Assembly (NCBI GenBank): GCA_010909165.1
Contig: MU008150.1
Location: 186,001 to 250,000, forward strand
Length of the DNA: 64,000 nt
Reading direction: 5' to 3'
From: Anthoceros angustus
Taxonomy: Eukaryota > Plantae > Anthocerotophyta
Shown: positions 52,243 through 64,000 of the stretch, in pieces
Layout: every line of letters starts with the position of its first letter
Numbering within the stretch: the first letter of the stretch is position 1
The notes under the pieces: generated by a model
Databases searched by the model: none
Told to the model about the DNA's origin: nothing
What the model saw: the letters and a program-made list of their open reading frames with translations, nothing else
Made by a program: the position numbers and the translations under genes

Positions 52243-53804
52243 ATGGACAGGCTGCTGGCTGTGGAGAATTCGGAGGTGGTGATATCGTTCCAGCTAGGGA
52301 AACGGTGCGTGAGCGAGGTTGTGGTGCGCAACGTGATGCACACAATGCCGGTGGCGTTCAAGGTGCTCACCACCAGCCCGAAGCGGTACGCGGTGAAGCC
52401 GCAGCTGGGGATCATCTCGCCGCTTGGGGAGGTGCGGTTCGAGGTGGTGATGCACGCACAGGCGCACCTCCCGGAGGAGTTTCCCCTGAGCCACGACAAG
52501 TTCCAGGTGAAGAGCCTGGTGGTGCCGTCGGGGCACCCCACGGAGGTGGTGCTGAACGAGTGGTTCAGCACGCGGAAGAAGCAGGTGTTCGTGGACGCCA
52601 AGCTGCGGGTGGTGTTCGTGGGAGGCCCAATCCTGCGCCACCTCGTGTCCAAGGGGACGCTGGAGGCGGTGCGGGAGCTCCTGGCCCGCGACTCCACGGA
52701 CCTGGACGGGGCCGACATGCAGGGCCGCACGCCGCTGCACATCGCGGCTGCCCGGGGGAAGGTGGAGGTGGTGCGCCTGCTGCTGGAGCGCGGGGTGAAG
52801 CAGGACGTGCGGAGCAAGACGGGCCAGTCCCCTCTCCACGAGGCCACCTTCAGCGGGCACGCGGCCGTGGTGAGGGTGCTGCTTGCGGCGAGGGCGCAGA
52901 CGGAGGCCAGGAACCCGCGGGGATGGACGGCTTTGCATCTGGCGGCCACATGGAACCGCACTGAGGTGCTGCAGCTGCTGCTGGAGGCCGGGGCGGAGGT
53001 GGATGCAGCCGACAACGAGGGCCGGACTTCCTTGCATGCTGCTGTCACCGAGGGCAACACGCAGTCCGTTGACACGCTGCTGCGAGCCGGGGCCGACATC
53101 GACGCCCGTAGCCTGGACGGCAGGACGGCGCTGCACCGGGCCGCCACCAAGGGGTACCTGGACATGGTGGAGCTGCTGCTGGAGCACGGGGCGTGCCGGG
53201 AGGTGCGCAGCGGGGACGGCAGGACGGCTTACACCGTGGCGGTGGAGAAGGGCCACACGCACCTGCTGGAGCCGCTGTTGCTGGGGTCGATCCTGGCCCA
53301 GGCTGCGCGCAACGGGGACGTGCCCGCCATGGCCGCCTGCCTGCACCAGGGCGCCTCGCTGCAGCGGCGGGACCAGCACGGCTGGACCGCGCTCCATTGT
53401 GCGGCTTTCAAGGGCCGGACTGAGGCCGTGGGTGGCTCCTGGAGCGCGGCGCAGACGTGCAAGTTCAGGACAGTGCTGGCTACACTCCGCTGCACTGCGC
53501 GGCCGAGGCCGGCCAGGCTGACGTTGTCCGCCTCCTGCTCGGGGCTCCACAGGCTACGGATGTCGATGCCAGATCCAACAAAGGCGTCACACCGCTGCGC
53601 CTGGCGCAGCACATGGGCCACAAGGAGGTGGCCGCGCTGCTGGTGGAGGCCGGGGCCGCCACCAGCGTCCTCGCCAAATCCAAGCTGAAGTTGAACGACG
53701 ACGATCCAATGCCTGCTGCTGCTGGTGCCAAGATTCATGCCCACTCCCTCAACAAGCTCAATCCGCATATGGCTCTTCACCCTCAGGTCTACTTGACAAC
53801 GTAG
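52243..53804 (+). CDS. VPY: VAPYRIN-like protein (MSP/VAP domain + ankyrin repeats), single exon, apparent 1-nt frameshift at ~53431
   Basis: MDRL..RNVMHTMPVAFK..YAVKPQLGIISPL..FPLSHDKF..WFSTRKKQVFVDA..VFVG matches the VAPYRIN N-terminus. Repeated GRTPLH/GWTALH ankyrins follow, and the ankyrin frame resumes as WLLERGADVQVQDSAGYTPLH to the stop at 53804. Confidence 0.88.
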
Positions 53805-54135
53805 TCAATGGCAGTGAAAACGGCAGAAAGGTGAGGACACCAAGTTTTCTTTTTGTGCAAGGCAAAGTCGAACCCAGGAGGAAGACGATGCAGTCTGCTG
53901 CTCCAAGACAAGATTTCAGACGGAGGAGGAACAGCCAGGAGGAGCAGGCCCTGCAATCCAGCCTGACATTTTTACTACCTATCTATTCTTTGGTGTGTGC
54001 ATCCATCGAAATGCAGCAAAGCCACGATTGCAAGTCCCATTCAGTAGCGGGTTCCAAGCCTGCACCATGTGTGTTGATAATTCTGTGAAAATATGAAAAC
54101 TGCTGCCGCCCGGCAGAGAGGTAAAAAGTATTTCC

Positions 54136-55093
54136 TCACACAGCTTTTGGCGGAGAAGATGTTTCGGCAGATGTTGATGGTTCCACTCTCTTCAACATGC
54201 TCCTCACGGGTCGCATGCTCTCCAGAAGGTAGGACAGGCCCTTCACTACGTGAGCTCGGCTGTAAGGGACCCCAGTCTTGGCCAGTGCGTTCCCCCGAGC
54301 GTCCAGCAGAACGAAGCAAGGCACATATTTGATGTCGTATTGCAGGACCTGGGGATGGATGGCACCAAACTCATGGTCACCATCTGCCAAGCAATCAGCT
54401 CCCCTGAACAAGAAAAAGCAGATGGCAAAACGGGGTGAGAGAAACTAAACTCACCTCCGGCAGCCATCGCTTGTTCTCCACATCGGCCATGACCACACTC
54501 AGCCAGTCCTTGTTCTTGTGCTCCACCTCCAAAATGAGCCGCAGCAGAGACCGACAAAGCGTGCACTTGGGAGAGTAGAACTCCACCACGGTGGCCCTGC
54601 TTCTGCTGGCCAGAGCCAAAGCCAGGGCTCTCTCCTCAGCCTCCCCCTGCTCTTCCGGGGACAGGCCCGCCTTGTCACTCCTGGGCTCCGTCCTCGCCCT
54701 CGCCCTCGCCCTCGTCTTCTTCCCCCACCGCCCGATGGCCATTCCGAGCCCTTGCACCTGCGGCAGAAACTGCGCCACGGCCGGGAACGCTACGCCGCCC
54801 TTCTTGGCCCCGGCTTCAGACACGGAGCCCGAGCCGACATGACCATACGGAGCAGAGGCTTCGGCCCGCGCATGTGCCTGTGCATGTGCCTGTGCCTGCT
54901 CCTGCATCTGCTCCACCTGCCTCAGCAAAAGCTCGCTCACGCTCTTGAGCGTCTTGAAGGCCCACGGCAGTTCCAGCTTGCACCCTTGCTTGGAGTTGCT
55001 GCCGCCAGCCATGTCCGGCCATTTCATGCACAGCCACGGCTGCCTGCCGCTGCTGCTGGCCGCTCCCCCTGGGCCTGCATCCACAGACCTCAT
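54136..55093 (-). CDS. Thioredoxin-like protein (atypical CTLC motif), 2 exons
   Basis: [26 protein letters not shown] | [24 protein letters not shown]; intron at about 54350-54453; start codon uncertain. Confidence 0.8.
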
Positions 55094-55578
55094 CTTCCTC
55101 CTCCTCCAATTCTTCCCGAACTCTCGCACCAAACCCCGATGCCGCGCACCATCACAGTCTCACCAATTCGCCCTCCGAGCGCGAGACGCTGTCCCGCGAC
55201 TCGCCTCCCCTGCCGCGTGCTGCTCTTGTTGGCGCCCTCCGCGATCGGCATTCCTCCGAAGGCGTCGGGGAAGCGATGTATGTACATACCTATGTACATA
55301 TGTATGTAGACCACGGACATCGGTGGACACCCGTAACGGAAGAGGGCGGCTGTGTGAAAGCGGCTCGGGTTCTCATGAAATGCACCACTCATGCCTCACG
55401 ACCATGGCAGTCCCGTGCCGCAGCTAGTGATCTACATCCGTCCGCCTCGTGCTAGGCCACGGGATGCCAGCCATCGTCGGGACTTGAGAATTGGGATTGC
55501 TCTTTGTTTCTTTCTTGGAAATTCTTGAGTCTTGCGCGACCTGCAGCAAGTCCGAAGACTGGGCGTGAAGCTCCAAGG

Positions 55579-56904
55579 ATGGAGCAGGAGGTGAAGGAAT
55601 TGCTGGCAGCCATCAGCGCGTTGGATGAGCAGGCTCCCACGGCGGACGGGGTCAGGATCCTCAAGGAGCAGGCCGGGAGGATCGCAGCTCTGAGCCGGAG
55701 CCAGGCGGATGGCAAGCGGTCCAGGATACAGGAGATGAGCATGGAGGTGGTGAGCAGCAATCCCTACAGCAGGCTCATGGCGCTCAAGAGGATGGGGATT
55801 GTGCACAACTACGAGCAGATCCGGGACTTCTCGGTTGCGGTTGTCGGGGTCGGGGGTGTGGGGAGCGTGGCAGCGGAGATGCTCACCAGGTGCGGCATCG
55901 GCCGCTTGCTGCTCTACGACTACGACACTGTGGAGCTGGCCAACATGAACCGCCTCTTCTTCCGCCCGGATCAGGCGGGCATGACCAAGACGGACGCAGC
56001 CGTGCAGACGCTGGCGGAGATCAACCCGGACGTCGTGCTGGAGAGCTACACCCTAAACATTGCCACGGTGGAGGGATTCGACAGGTTCCTGGACAGCTTG
56101 ACCAGGCAGATCGGCGGCAAGGAGAGTTCGGAGCCCGAGAAGAAGAGCGGGGTGGATCTGGTGCTCAGCTGCGTCGACAATTACGAGGCCCGCATGGTGG
56201 TTAATCAGGCCTGCAATGAGCTGAGACAGACGTGGATGGAGTCTGGCGTTTCTGAGGACGCCGTGTCCGGCCACATCCAGTTGCTCATTCCTGGGGAGAC
56301 TGCATGCTTCGCCTGTGCTCCTCCTCTGGTAGTGGCGTCCGGAGTGGACGAGAAGACCCTCAAACGAGAGGGAGTATGTGCTGCTTCTTTGCCCACTACC
56401 ATGGGCATCGTTGCAGGACTGCTAGTGCAGAACAGTCTCAAGTTTCTTCTTGGCTTTGGGAATGTTTCCAAGTACTTGGGCTACAGTGCCCTTAAAGACT
56501 TCTTCCCGACCATGGAGATGCGACCCAATCCGCAGTGCTCCAATTCGGCTTGCCTCCAAAGGCAGAAAGAATTTGAGCTGGCCAAACCTGAGAGAGATGC
56601 TGCTGCCAGGCTCAAGGCAGAGGCGGATGCAGCTGCTGAGGCACGAGCTGCCAAGGTGCCTCTGCATGAGGACAACGAATGGAGCATCAGTTTGCTAGCA
56701 GATGACGAGGTGGAGGAACACCTATCCACCCAGTTCGAAGCTTCTTCCTCATCTCTTCCCGAAGGCTTGTTTAGGGAGCTGCCGGATTCAGATTTTTTAA
56801 AGGATGGTGCCACCTCCAATTCTTCCACATTTGTCAATGTGGAAGACGATCTGGATGATTTGCAAAGGCAACTACATGCTCTCAACAGTGCAACCTTCCT
56901 TTAG
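55579..56904 (+). CDS. UBA5: UFM1-activating E1 enzyme, intronless
   Basis: [71 protein letters not shown] (catalytic Cys), [22 protein letters not shown]. Confidence 0.95.
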   Translation: MEQEVKELLAAISALDEQAPTADGVRILKEQAGRIAALSRSQADGKRSRIQEMSMEVVSSNPYSRLMALKRMGIVHNYEQIRDFSVAVVGVGGVGSVAAEMLTRCGIGRLLLYDYDTVELANMNRLFFRPDQAGMTKTDAAVQTLAEINPDVVLESYTLNIATVEGFDRFLDSLTRQIGGKESSEPEKKSGVDLVLSCVDNYEARMVVNQACNELRQTWMESGVSEDAVSGHIQLLIPGETACFACAPPLVVASGVDEKTLKREGVCAASLPTTMGIVAGLLVQNSLKFLLGFGNVSKYLGYSALKDFFPTMEMRPNPQCSNSACLQRQKEFELAKPERDAAARLKAEADAAAEARAAKVPLHEDNEWSISLLADDEVEEHLSTQFEASSSSLPEGLFRELPDSDFLKDGATSNSSTFVNVEDDLDDLQRQLHALNSATFL

Positions 56905-59900
56905 GCTTCTTTCTATCAGCACTTACGTGTGCCACAGTTTTGTTGTGATCATTTTTTCCAGGCCAGATTAGTCCTGCGTTCTGTGCACCCGTGGTGCAAG
57001 TCCTAGCTGATAGTGGCATACTTGAAGCCACGGGTTTGTCACTTCCAGAACATAATTCCTTGCAACCCAAAGATCGGCCGTGCTCATTGGCGCTTTGAGC
57101 GACTTGAGTTCAATTTTTTTGCATCACTCCGTGCAGTGGCCATATCTCGGAAGAAGTAAGCTCCTTGTCTTCATTCACTGTGACAAAATGTAAGTGTTGA
57201 ACCCTTGGTGCGTGTTCCATGGCAGCCGCACTTCTCAGACTGCAGTTTTAACCTTCCAACGTCATAACGCGTGGCACTGTCTGACACGAACATCAGACAC
57301 GAACACCGTCCCGTGGACGCTGGGTTTTATGTATTAGGGCTCTGCACACTGGGGGAACTGTGAAATCCTACACTTTGAGTGCATCTGTAGAAACTGGTTG
57401 CAGCAGTCATGCTGACCAGACTATGGTCGATGCTGCGGTCTGTCAGCCCAAGGGAGTTAGTAGGAACGGACAAGGCCGGAAACCTCTTCTACCGTATTCC
57501 CTGCAAAGATGGAGGTGATGGAATCTATCTTCTCATTCTTTGGCCAATTTTGCAGATTTGATCTCTCGAGCATGACGTGCTTGTGGTTTCATTGACATTG
57601 CACTTTTGCTTCCTTTGCAGGGGCGGAACGAAGGTGGGTCGAGTACAAAGATAAAGCAAGTCTTGACCCAACTACTTTGCCTGGTTAGCTCCTCCTGTTT
57701 TGAACTTCCACCAGCAATTAGGGAGTTCACCGTAACTCTTTAGCCCGTTTGGAATGGGGGTTCATTGCCCCGTTGTTTGATGAAGCTCCGTTTTGTTGCT
57801 ACTAGTTGAGTGGTCAAGCTGGTTACACGGAACGAGGAGGGAGCCCCCAACTGCACAGGTGAGGACTTGGTCTTTGTGTGAAGTTGCCCAAAGGACAGTC
57901 AAATAGCACTGGTGCCACGCGGTTGAGGTTCTTGCCTCGCAGGAAATGATTGAAATGGAGCAAAAACGCAAACTTGTGAAGTTGAAGGCCTCACGTATGT
58001 ACCTAATTCCTCTTTCCTTGTCAGCTTTCCTAGTACATAGGTAGGGTAGATGATTTCAACGTTCTTTTTCCTTGTTGACCCATGTAACAATGTGCTGCGT
58101 TTCCTTTATAGACCACTGCAGTGACCCACGGCCGGCTTCCTTGTAACCGGGTAAAAACATTTGTTAGTGTTCATGCAGTGATACGGAAGGAGGAAGAAAA
58201 AAGGAAATTTAGGGCTAAGAGTCTCCAAAGTGGACTAACCTCGGGTTTGAGCTCTTTACAATCCACACAAGATGTCATCACTGACACCCTGCTGAAATCA
58301 GCAGTTTAAATTTCTGGTTCGTTTTGTTGCTTCTAGACGACGTCAACCCAGAAACTATGGAGCTCTATCTGCAAAAAGTCACAACGGCGGATGCTGACCC
58401 TGCACAACAAGGTTGGTTCAAATGATACTATAGGCGAGTGTGAGCTGTTGCTCCATGATGGGACAAGCTGCAAATATCTTTCATCCACTTTACAGTGAGC
58501 TGCATTTCAAGGCATCCTGTGATGCCCTCCTCCATTTTTTTCTCAAGATACCGCGGGAGGTTCACCAAAAGAGGAAAGCAAAGTGACCCAAAATAGTTCC
58601 TCCTTCCCTGAGACATGGCAACCTGGGACACGGCAGCCTGGCTCTCCAAAGCAGCAGGTATTGCAACAACTTTTGCTTCTTGTTCCGGCAGACATTAGAT
58701 TTTCTCACCAGCTCTTAATCCCCAGTCATGTGATTTGTATGTCGTCCTCTTGTCACACTTACTTGATCCTTGACGTTGGCTGTCAGCAGGATAGGTAGAG
58801 TCCAGCCCCAAGATCTTGCTGGCTTAAATCAAGCAGAAGCTTTTGCTCAGAGCGAGTAAGCGTGTTCAAACTTTTCAGGTTCACATGAGGCTGTAATATA
58901 TCACTGTGAAGGAGAGCCGGATACTTTCATTGTAGCAAGCTGATTTGTTTCGCACCTGTCGAGCTAGCTTCGACAGCCGGGATATCCTCGTTCCTTTGCA
59001 GTTTTTTCTAAGCACTGGGGGCTCCCTGTTTCAGTAGATCAAGGAGACCAATGTCTTGCAAATTCAGACGTTGTTTCAATAACCCAGTTGCTTGTCAGCT
59101 GGAAGCCGTCTTGGGCCCTGGACGCTGAGCTACTCCACGAACTGTCACTCTCGTAGTTCCCAGGACGGCAAGCAGGGAAGGATGTGCTGCCTGGTGCCGA
59201 CATCGTAACCATAACCGTGGCGAGCCACTTTTCCATTTCCTGGACTTAAGAAGAGTCCTTCGTATATCTGCCTAAAAACTGATTACTTCCGTTTTCTTAA
59301 CTTGGTTCTGTTTGTGTGCAACGAGAAAAGCGTTTCGTTGTGACGATGCAAGTGGCTGTTCCCAGGCGAGCGAAACGGGATCAGAGTCTTCGGAACATGG
59401 AGGCTATGGCTGATGAACCTACCCTTTTCAATTATGATATACTTGGGAGATTTCGCTACAAGGATCGCCAGGATTGTATTGTTTCTCAGTGCTGCCTCTT
59501 TGATTCCATTCACCCTGTCTGCCCACAGCTCACGTTACTACCAAAATGTTCGTGACTGTCTTGTTGTGCATCAAGCTGAGCCTGTTTTCGCACGAATCTG
59601 TGTGAATCTCTCATGACGAGACTCTCGCATGAAACCATATTCCTTTACCAGATTGCTGTTCTGTTTAGCCAGAGTAGTTTGTCTGCGTAACCCTCTTTCC
59701 GTACGGTCTTTCAACAGTTCCCAGATGGAGAGCGAAGAGCTTCCCAAATGTCGCCCATACGGAATGCGAAGTGCTGCCTGTAGCATGTGCCTTCCCAGCG
59801 CCAACTGCATGCCTCTTCCTTTCACATCCCCATGCAAACCGCCTTTCCTTCATAAGCAATCACGTAAGACACGGGTGAACTATTGGCACTGCGCACTTTT

Positions 59901-59985
59901 CTCCCATCAAGCCTTGCTGAAGCCTGGCAGGAATTTTGCTGGCGATCACATTGTCCTCTCTTTGGCTGTATTCCAACTAGTAAAC

Positions 59986-61572
59986 ATGGTTGGGGAGGTT
60001 AGACCGCAAAGTTCCTTCCAGCTCAACAGTGGAGGTATCATTCCTGCAGTGGGCTTGGGAACATGGCAAGCTGAGCCAGGAAAGGTCAGCGAAGCTTTGA
60101 AAACTGCGATCGGTGTAAGTTCTCGTCTCTCCTAAGTGCTTTGGTGTGCACTTAAAAGGTGCCTCATGCCCGAGCATTGGCCTGTGGAGTGCTGCAGTTT
60201 ATCGCTAGCTTGAAACTGAGTTGGATTGGTTGAGCCATGCAGGCCGGCTATCGTCATATTGATTGCGCTGCAGCTTACAAGAATCAGAAAGAGGTAACTT
60301 GCGTGATCACACTAAAATTTGCATCTATGTCCCCTTGATCTTGGAACAGATTTTTTCTCCGCACTTGATCCTACAGATCGGAGAGGCGCTTCACGATGTG
60401 TTCAAAAAAGGCATCGTCAAGCGGGAGGATCTCTTCATCACTACGAAGCTCTGGTACTGATTAGAATTTCGGTTCTGTGTAGGTGGATTTTGACACTCGC
60501 CTCCCGGTCATTGTGTATTGTTTGATCCAAAATTGGATTGCTTTCTGGCAGGAATACGGAGCATGAACCTGAGGAGGTTCCCGTGGCGTTGGAGAGGTGT
60601 CTGAGAGATCTTCAATTAGATTATGTGGACCTTTACCTCGTAAGTGGACTGACTATAGCTGCACCTGACTTCGTGTGGGCCGAAATTTACAAGCTCGCAT
60701 GTTGCGATCTGTATTCGAGATGCACTGGCCTGTGCAACTGAAAAAGGGAGCTCCATTTCCAGCGCGCGCGGAGCATTTGCGCCTCTAGATGTCAAGGCCA
60801 CCTGGCAAGCCATGGAGAGGCTAGTTCCAACTGGGAAGTTTAAAGCCATCGGAGTGAGCAACTTTTCTGCTACGAAGCTGGAGAACCTGCTCTCGTATGC
60901 CAAAATTGTTCCTGCAGTCAACCAAGTGGAGTGTCACCCCATGTGGCAACAGGGGAAGCTCAAGGAGGAGCTCAAAGCTCACAATATACATCTCACGGTC
61001 TGACTTCTCATGTTTTCTTTCCTTGTATAGGCCCGTTCCCAGGAAGCACAAACAGCCAGTTCACCAAAAACGGGGCCAGCTCCTCTGTGAAATAGTGTGC
61101 ATATCTAGAATAAAAATGGGTCTGCTCGACTTCTAATTGGGCTGGCACGTTGATTGGACAGGCTTACTCTCCCTTAGGATCCCGTGGCAGCCCGTTGATC
61201 AAAGTACACTTGCTAGACCAGCCAGTCATCAAGGAGCTAGCTGAGAAATATCAGAAGTCACCTGGCCAAATCGCTCTGCGTTGGGGCGTGCAGCAGGGGC
61301 ATAGTGTGATCCCTAAGAGCACAAACGAGGCCAGACTGAAATCCAACTTGGACATATTTGACTTCAGCCTGTCGGATGAAGATCTGGAAAACATCTCTGA
61401 GATGAGACAGGTAAAGAGCACTTCTTCCGTCAACCCATGCCCAGTATGCGAAGCCTTGATCCAGTCTAATTCTTGTGCGTGGCAGTTTCGCTTCTTGAGA
61501 GGCGAGGAGTGGACTAATCAGACCACCGCGCCGTATAAGGGTGTACTAGAGCTGTGGGATGGAGAACTTTAA
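59986..61572 (+). CDS. NADPH-dependent aldo-keto reductase (AKR4C-like), multi-exon
   Basis: [90 protein letters not shown]. Confidence 0.92.
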
Positions 61573-62111
61573 AGGTTTTTTAGGTTGATACTGCAAACGA
61601 TGGTGATACATTCAACATCCGATGACCTAATGAGCACCAGACAAACTCTCTGTTAATTAAACTACATAATATGTAATGTGAGCTCTGTTGCATCAGACTT
61701 CAACCTTATCGAAAAAGCTTTTCTATTGGATTGAGAGTAATGGGATCCATCCCATCATAGGTACTAGGTACATATATATAGGCAGAAACCAAACCCACCG
61801 CAAACCCCATTACCGATATTGGTGGTCTTTGAACGGAATGTGCCCTGTCTCTGAGGCAGATTCCTACCGATGAAGCGTCAAGGCGTCCTGTCAAATATTT
61901 CGGAAATACCTCCTGATCGTGACAAGCCGGAAGCCGGTTGCAAATCGAACAGCAGGAAGGCCGATCGATTGTGAAGTGTCCACTCCAGTTGTCGGACGAG
62001 AGAATGGTGTATGTGGTGTAGCACGGGGATGGCTGGGATTGAACTTGAATGCTATTTTAGCGTTTTGCTGGATGGAAACGATGGTCTGTAGTGGGCAAGC
62101 TTGGTGTCAAC

Positions 62112-63388
62112 ATGGAGGACGAGGATTCCGAGTGGAGGCGCCGGTCACCGAGGACTGAAGACCGGGAGGGGGAAGAGGAGGCGACCATTGTGCCTAATCG
62201 TCCTGGATTTGGACTCGCACTGCTCGTCTTGGCAGCCTTCGCGGTCAGTATTTCTGTCATTGGATTCGCTAGGTATGCACAGTCCTGTTCCGTTGCAGTT
62301 TCGGAAATTCTCATGGATACGTAAGTGGATGGGACTTCGTGCAGCTAGGAGCTCTTCGCCGGAGGCTTGCAAGGTTTAACGAAAGGGTTTATCGGCAGGT
62401 AGGTGATTCTGCGTCTCTCTCCTGTATGGCTGCAGGGCAGGAGGGAGGTCAGGCAAGCAGGAAAGCAATGTTGGTAACGATGTTTCAGCCTCTGATACCA
62501 TTGTGTAGAGCTACGGTTCCCCCGAACATGGCACTTCCAGGACCGTCGTATGGTGGGTTTGGAGAGATGGCCAGGGTTTTTCCTCCGGGCCTTACACCGA
62601 TCCATGGAGGTTTCGACGAACACACCAGTTTTGGGACGAGTACTTCGAGGAGCAGCTAAAAAAGGTGAGCTTCTGGTTTGTTCCAGAAACGTCCAAAAGT
62701 GATCTGTGAAATACTTCTCCTTTGGCAACGGAGACGATATTGTTACGTTTGTGTAAACAGGAACGTATGAGGCGAATGCAAGAGGCGTTTTACAGGGAAA
62801 AGACTCGGTACACCAGAGATTTTAGATGGCAGGAGCAACCAGGCAACTGGTATTCATCACGACACTGGGACTCCAGTAATGCCCACAGGACCACAGCGGA
62901 AGGTCAAAGACAACAAGCCGTCAGACAAGCGGGAGTGCAAAGACATTATGAAGTTTTAGGTCTTGATCCGTATGTTTTCTCCTGCCTCCAGTTTTGGTTG
63001 ATGGAGCCTTTTGGCATTCGCTGCCCTCAGGTGCTCACAGAGAGACATGTTTTTTGTGTCTCAGGAACTTGCAGTACTCCGAAGCAGAGCTCAAGGTACG
63101 GCGTAGCATGTGGGGTTAATTTGTCGCTTCCATTGCACCCATTCCTTCGTAACAATCGCTTTGTTGAGTTTCCAGGCTGCTTTCAGAGCAAAAGCCAAAC
63201 AACATCATCCTGACCGAAACCCCAATCGCAAAGGTAACAACTCCGCAGTTATGTCCTACCTCTTATTCGTGCTCTCCCTTGGCAGTACCGATTCATGATT
63301 GTTCTGTATCTCAGCTGAGGCCGAGGAGAAATTCAAAGCTGTTGTGGAATCATATGAGGCACTTCGTGCCCGGAGCAATCTGAAGTAG
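62112..63388 (+). CDS. DnaJ/J-domain protein with N-terminal transmembrane segment and C-terminal J domain, multi-exon
   Basis: Hydrophobic GLALLVLAAFAVSISVIGF; ERMRRMQEAF; HYEVLGLD; AAFRAKAKQHHPDRN (HPD); AEEKFKAVVESYEAL. Confidence 0.85.
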
Positions 63389-64000
63389 CCGTAGCTTATG
63401 GTTAAACATAGCACATTTCTTAAGAGGTATAATTAATATTTCACTGTGTTGAGAAGTCGAAATTCATCTTTCCAAATGGCTTGCTTACTACATATGTATC
63501 TAAACATAGTTAACTCCTTTGGAGAAAATCGTCGACAAATTACAGTTGGTTCCGTGTGCTTGGATGAACAACCACGGGCGGATTTCGTAGGCTTGAATTG
63601 AGTTGGTGATCATTTGTCTCAAGAATACCACCCATCCTGCTAACTAGACTTTTCGAGAGGGCACGTTCCCACCTGCACAAACAATTGTCTGCCCATTAGA
63701 ACAACCTTGGTTTGTAGTCGCTATCCAATAACGTACATGTAACCCAAGAGACCAACCTGAAGATTCCTTGAGATATGATATAGACCGCACTCCAACTCAG
63801 ACAACAACCATACCACCGGAGGAGCAAACTGGCAACCGTGTCAATCAGGGTTTTTGTTGGCAACAGGTGATAAAAGTGAGCTAAAGCTTGTATTAGACAA
63901 AAGTGCCAACAGAAAAAGAAAAACCCTGCAGAAGCGCAGGAAAACGCCACCAGCTTAGTGGCTACAGGGAGTAGCTAAAAAGTATGCTTTTTCACGGGTT

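Noticed and set aside
52011-53780. Long antisense ORFs (384 and 418 aa) over VAPYRIN
   Set aside because: Shadow ORFs caused by high GC3 codon usage of the sense gene.
57100-59900. Coding-looking minus-strand stretches between UBA5 and the aldo-keto reductase
   Set aside because: Interrupted by stops, with no recognisable family or consistent splice model; may be a decayed or lineage-specific gene but cannot be supported.

Overview
Eukaryotic, gene-dense land-plant DNA with short GT-AG introns (mostly ~80-150 bp). A non-seed plant, most likely a hornwort, is inferred from a PLS-PPR carrying long 'LL'-type motifs, a VAPYRIN gene and the compact gene structure. The first ~9 kb is a degenerate, repeat-laden, probably mobile region. 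It holds arrays of GC-rich palindromes, two tandem duplications, and a frameshift-broken gene that appears to fuse an acidic N-terminus, a ParB/Srx-like domain and a bacterial-type beta-class DNA amino-methyltransferase (N6A/N4C). This is the most unusual item in the window. The host genes that follow are: P4-ATPase flippase (ALA1-like), a plastid NAD(P)-binding protein with 40-aa repeats, DUF3119, SpoU rRNA methyltransferase, GatC, PLS-E+ PPR, GRIK/SnAK kinase, VPS32/SNF7, CCT5, phosducin-like PLP3/TXNDC9, VAPYRIN (1-nt frameshift), a thioredoxin-like protein, intronless UBA5, an aldo-keto reductase and a J-domain protein. Other elements are a Mutator-like element with TIRs, TSD and an internal ~2.1-kb inversion, an adjacent hAT-type MITE, and a minisatellite-rich intergenic block (36-41.6 kb). 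Exon boundaries were read by eye and no database searches were run.
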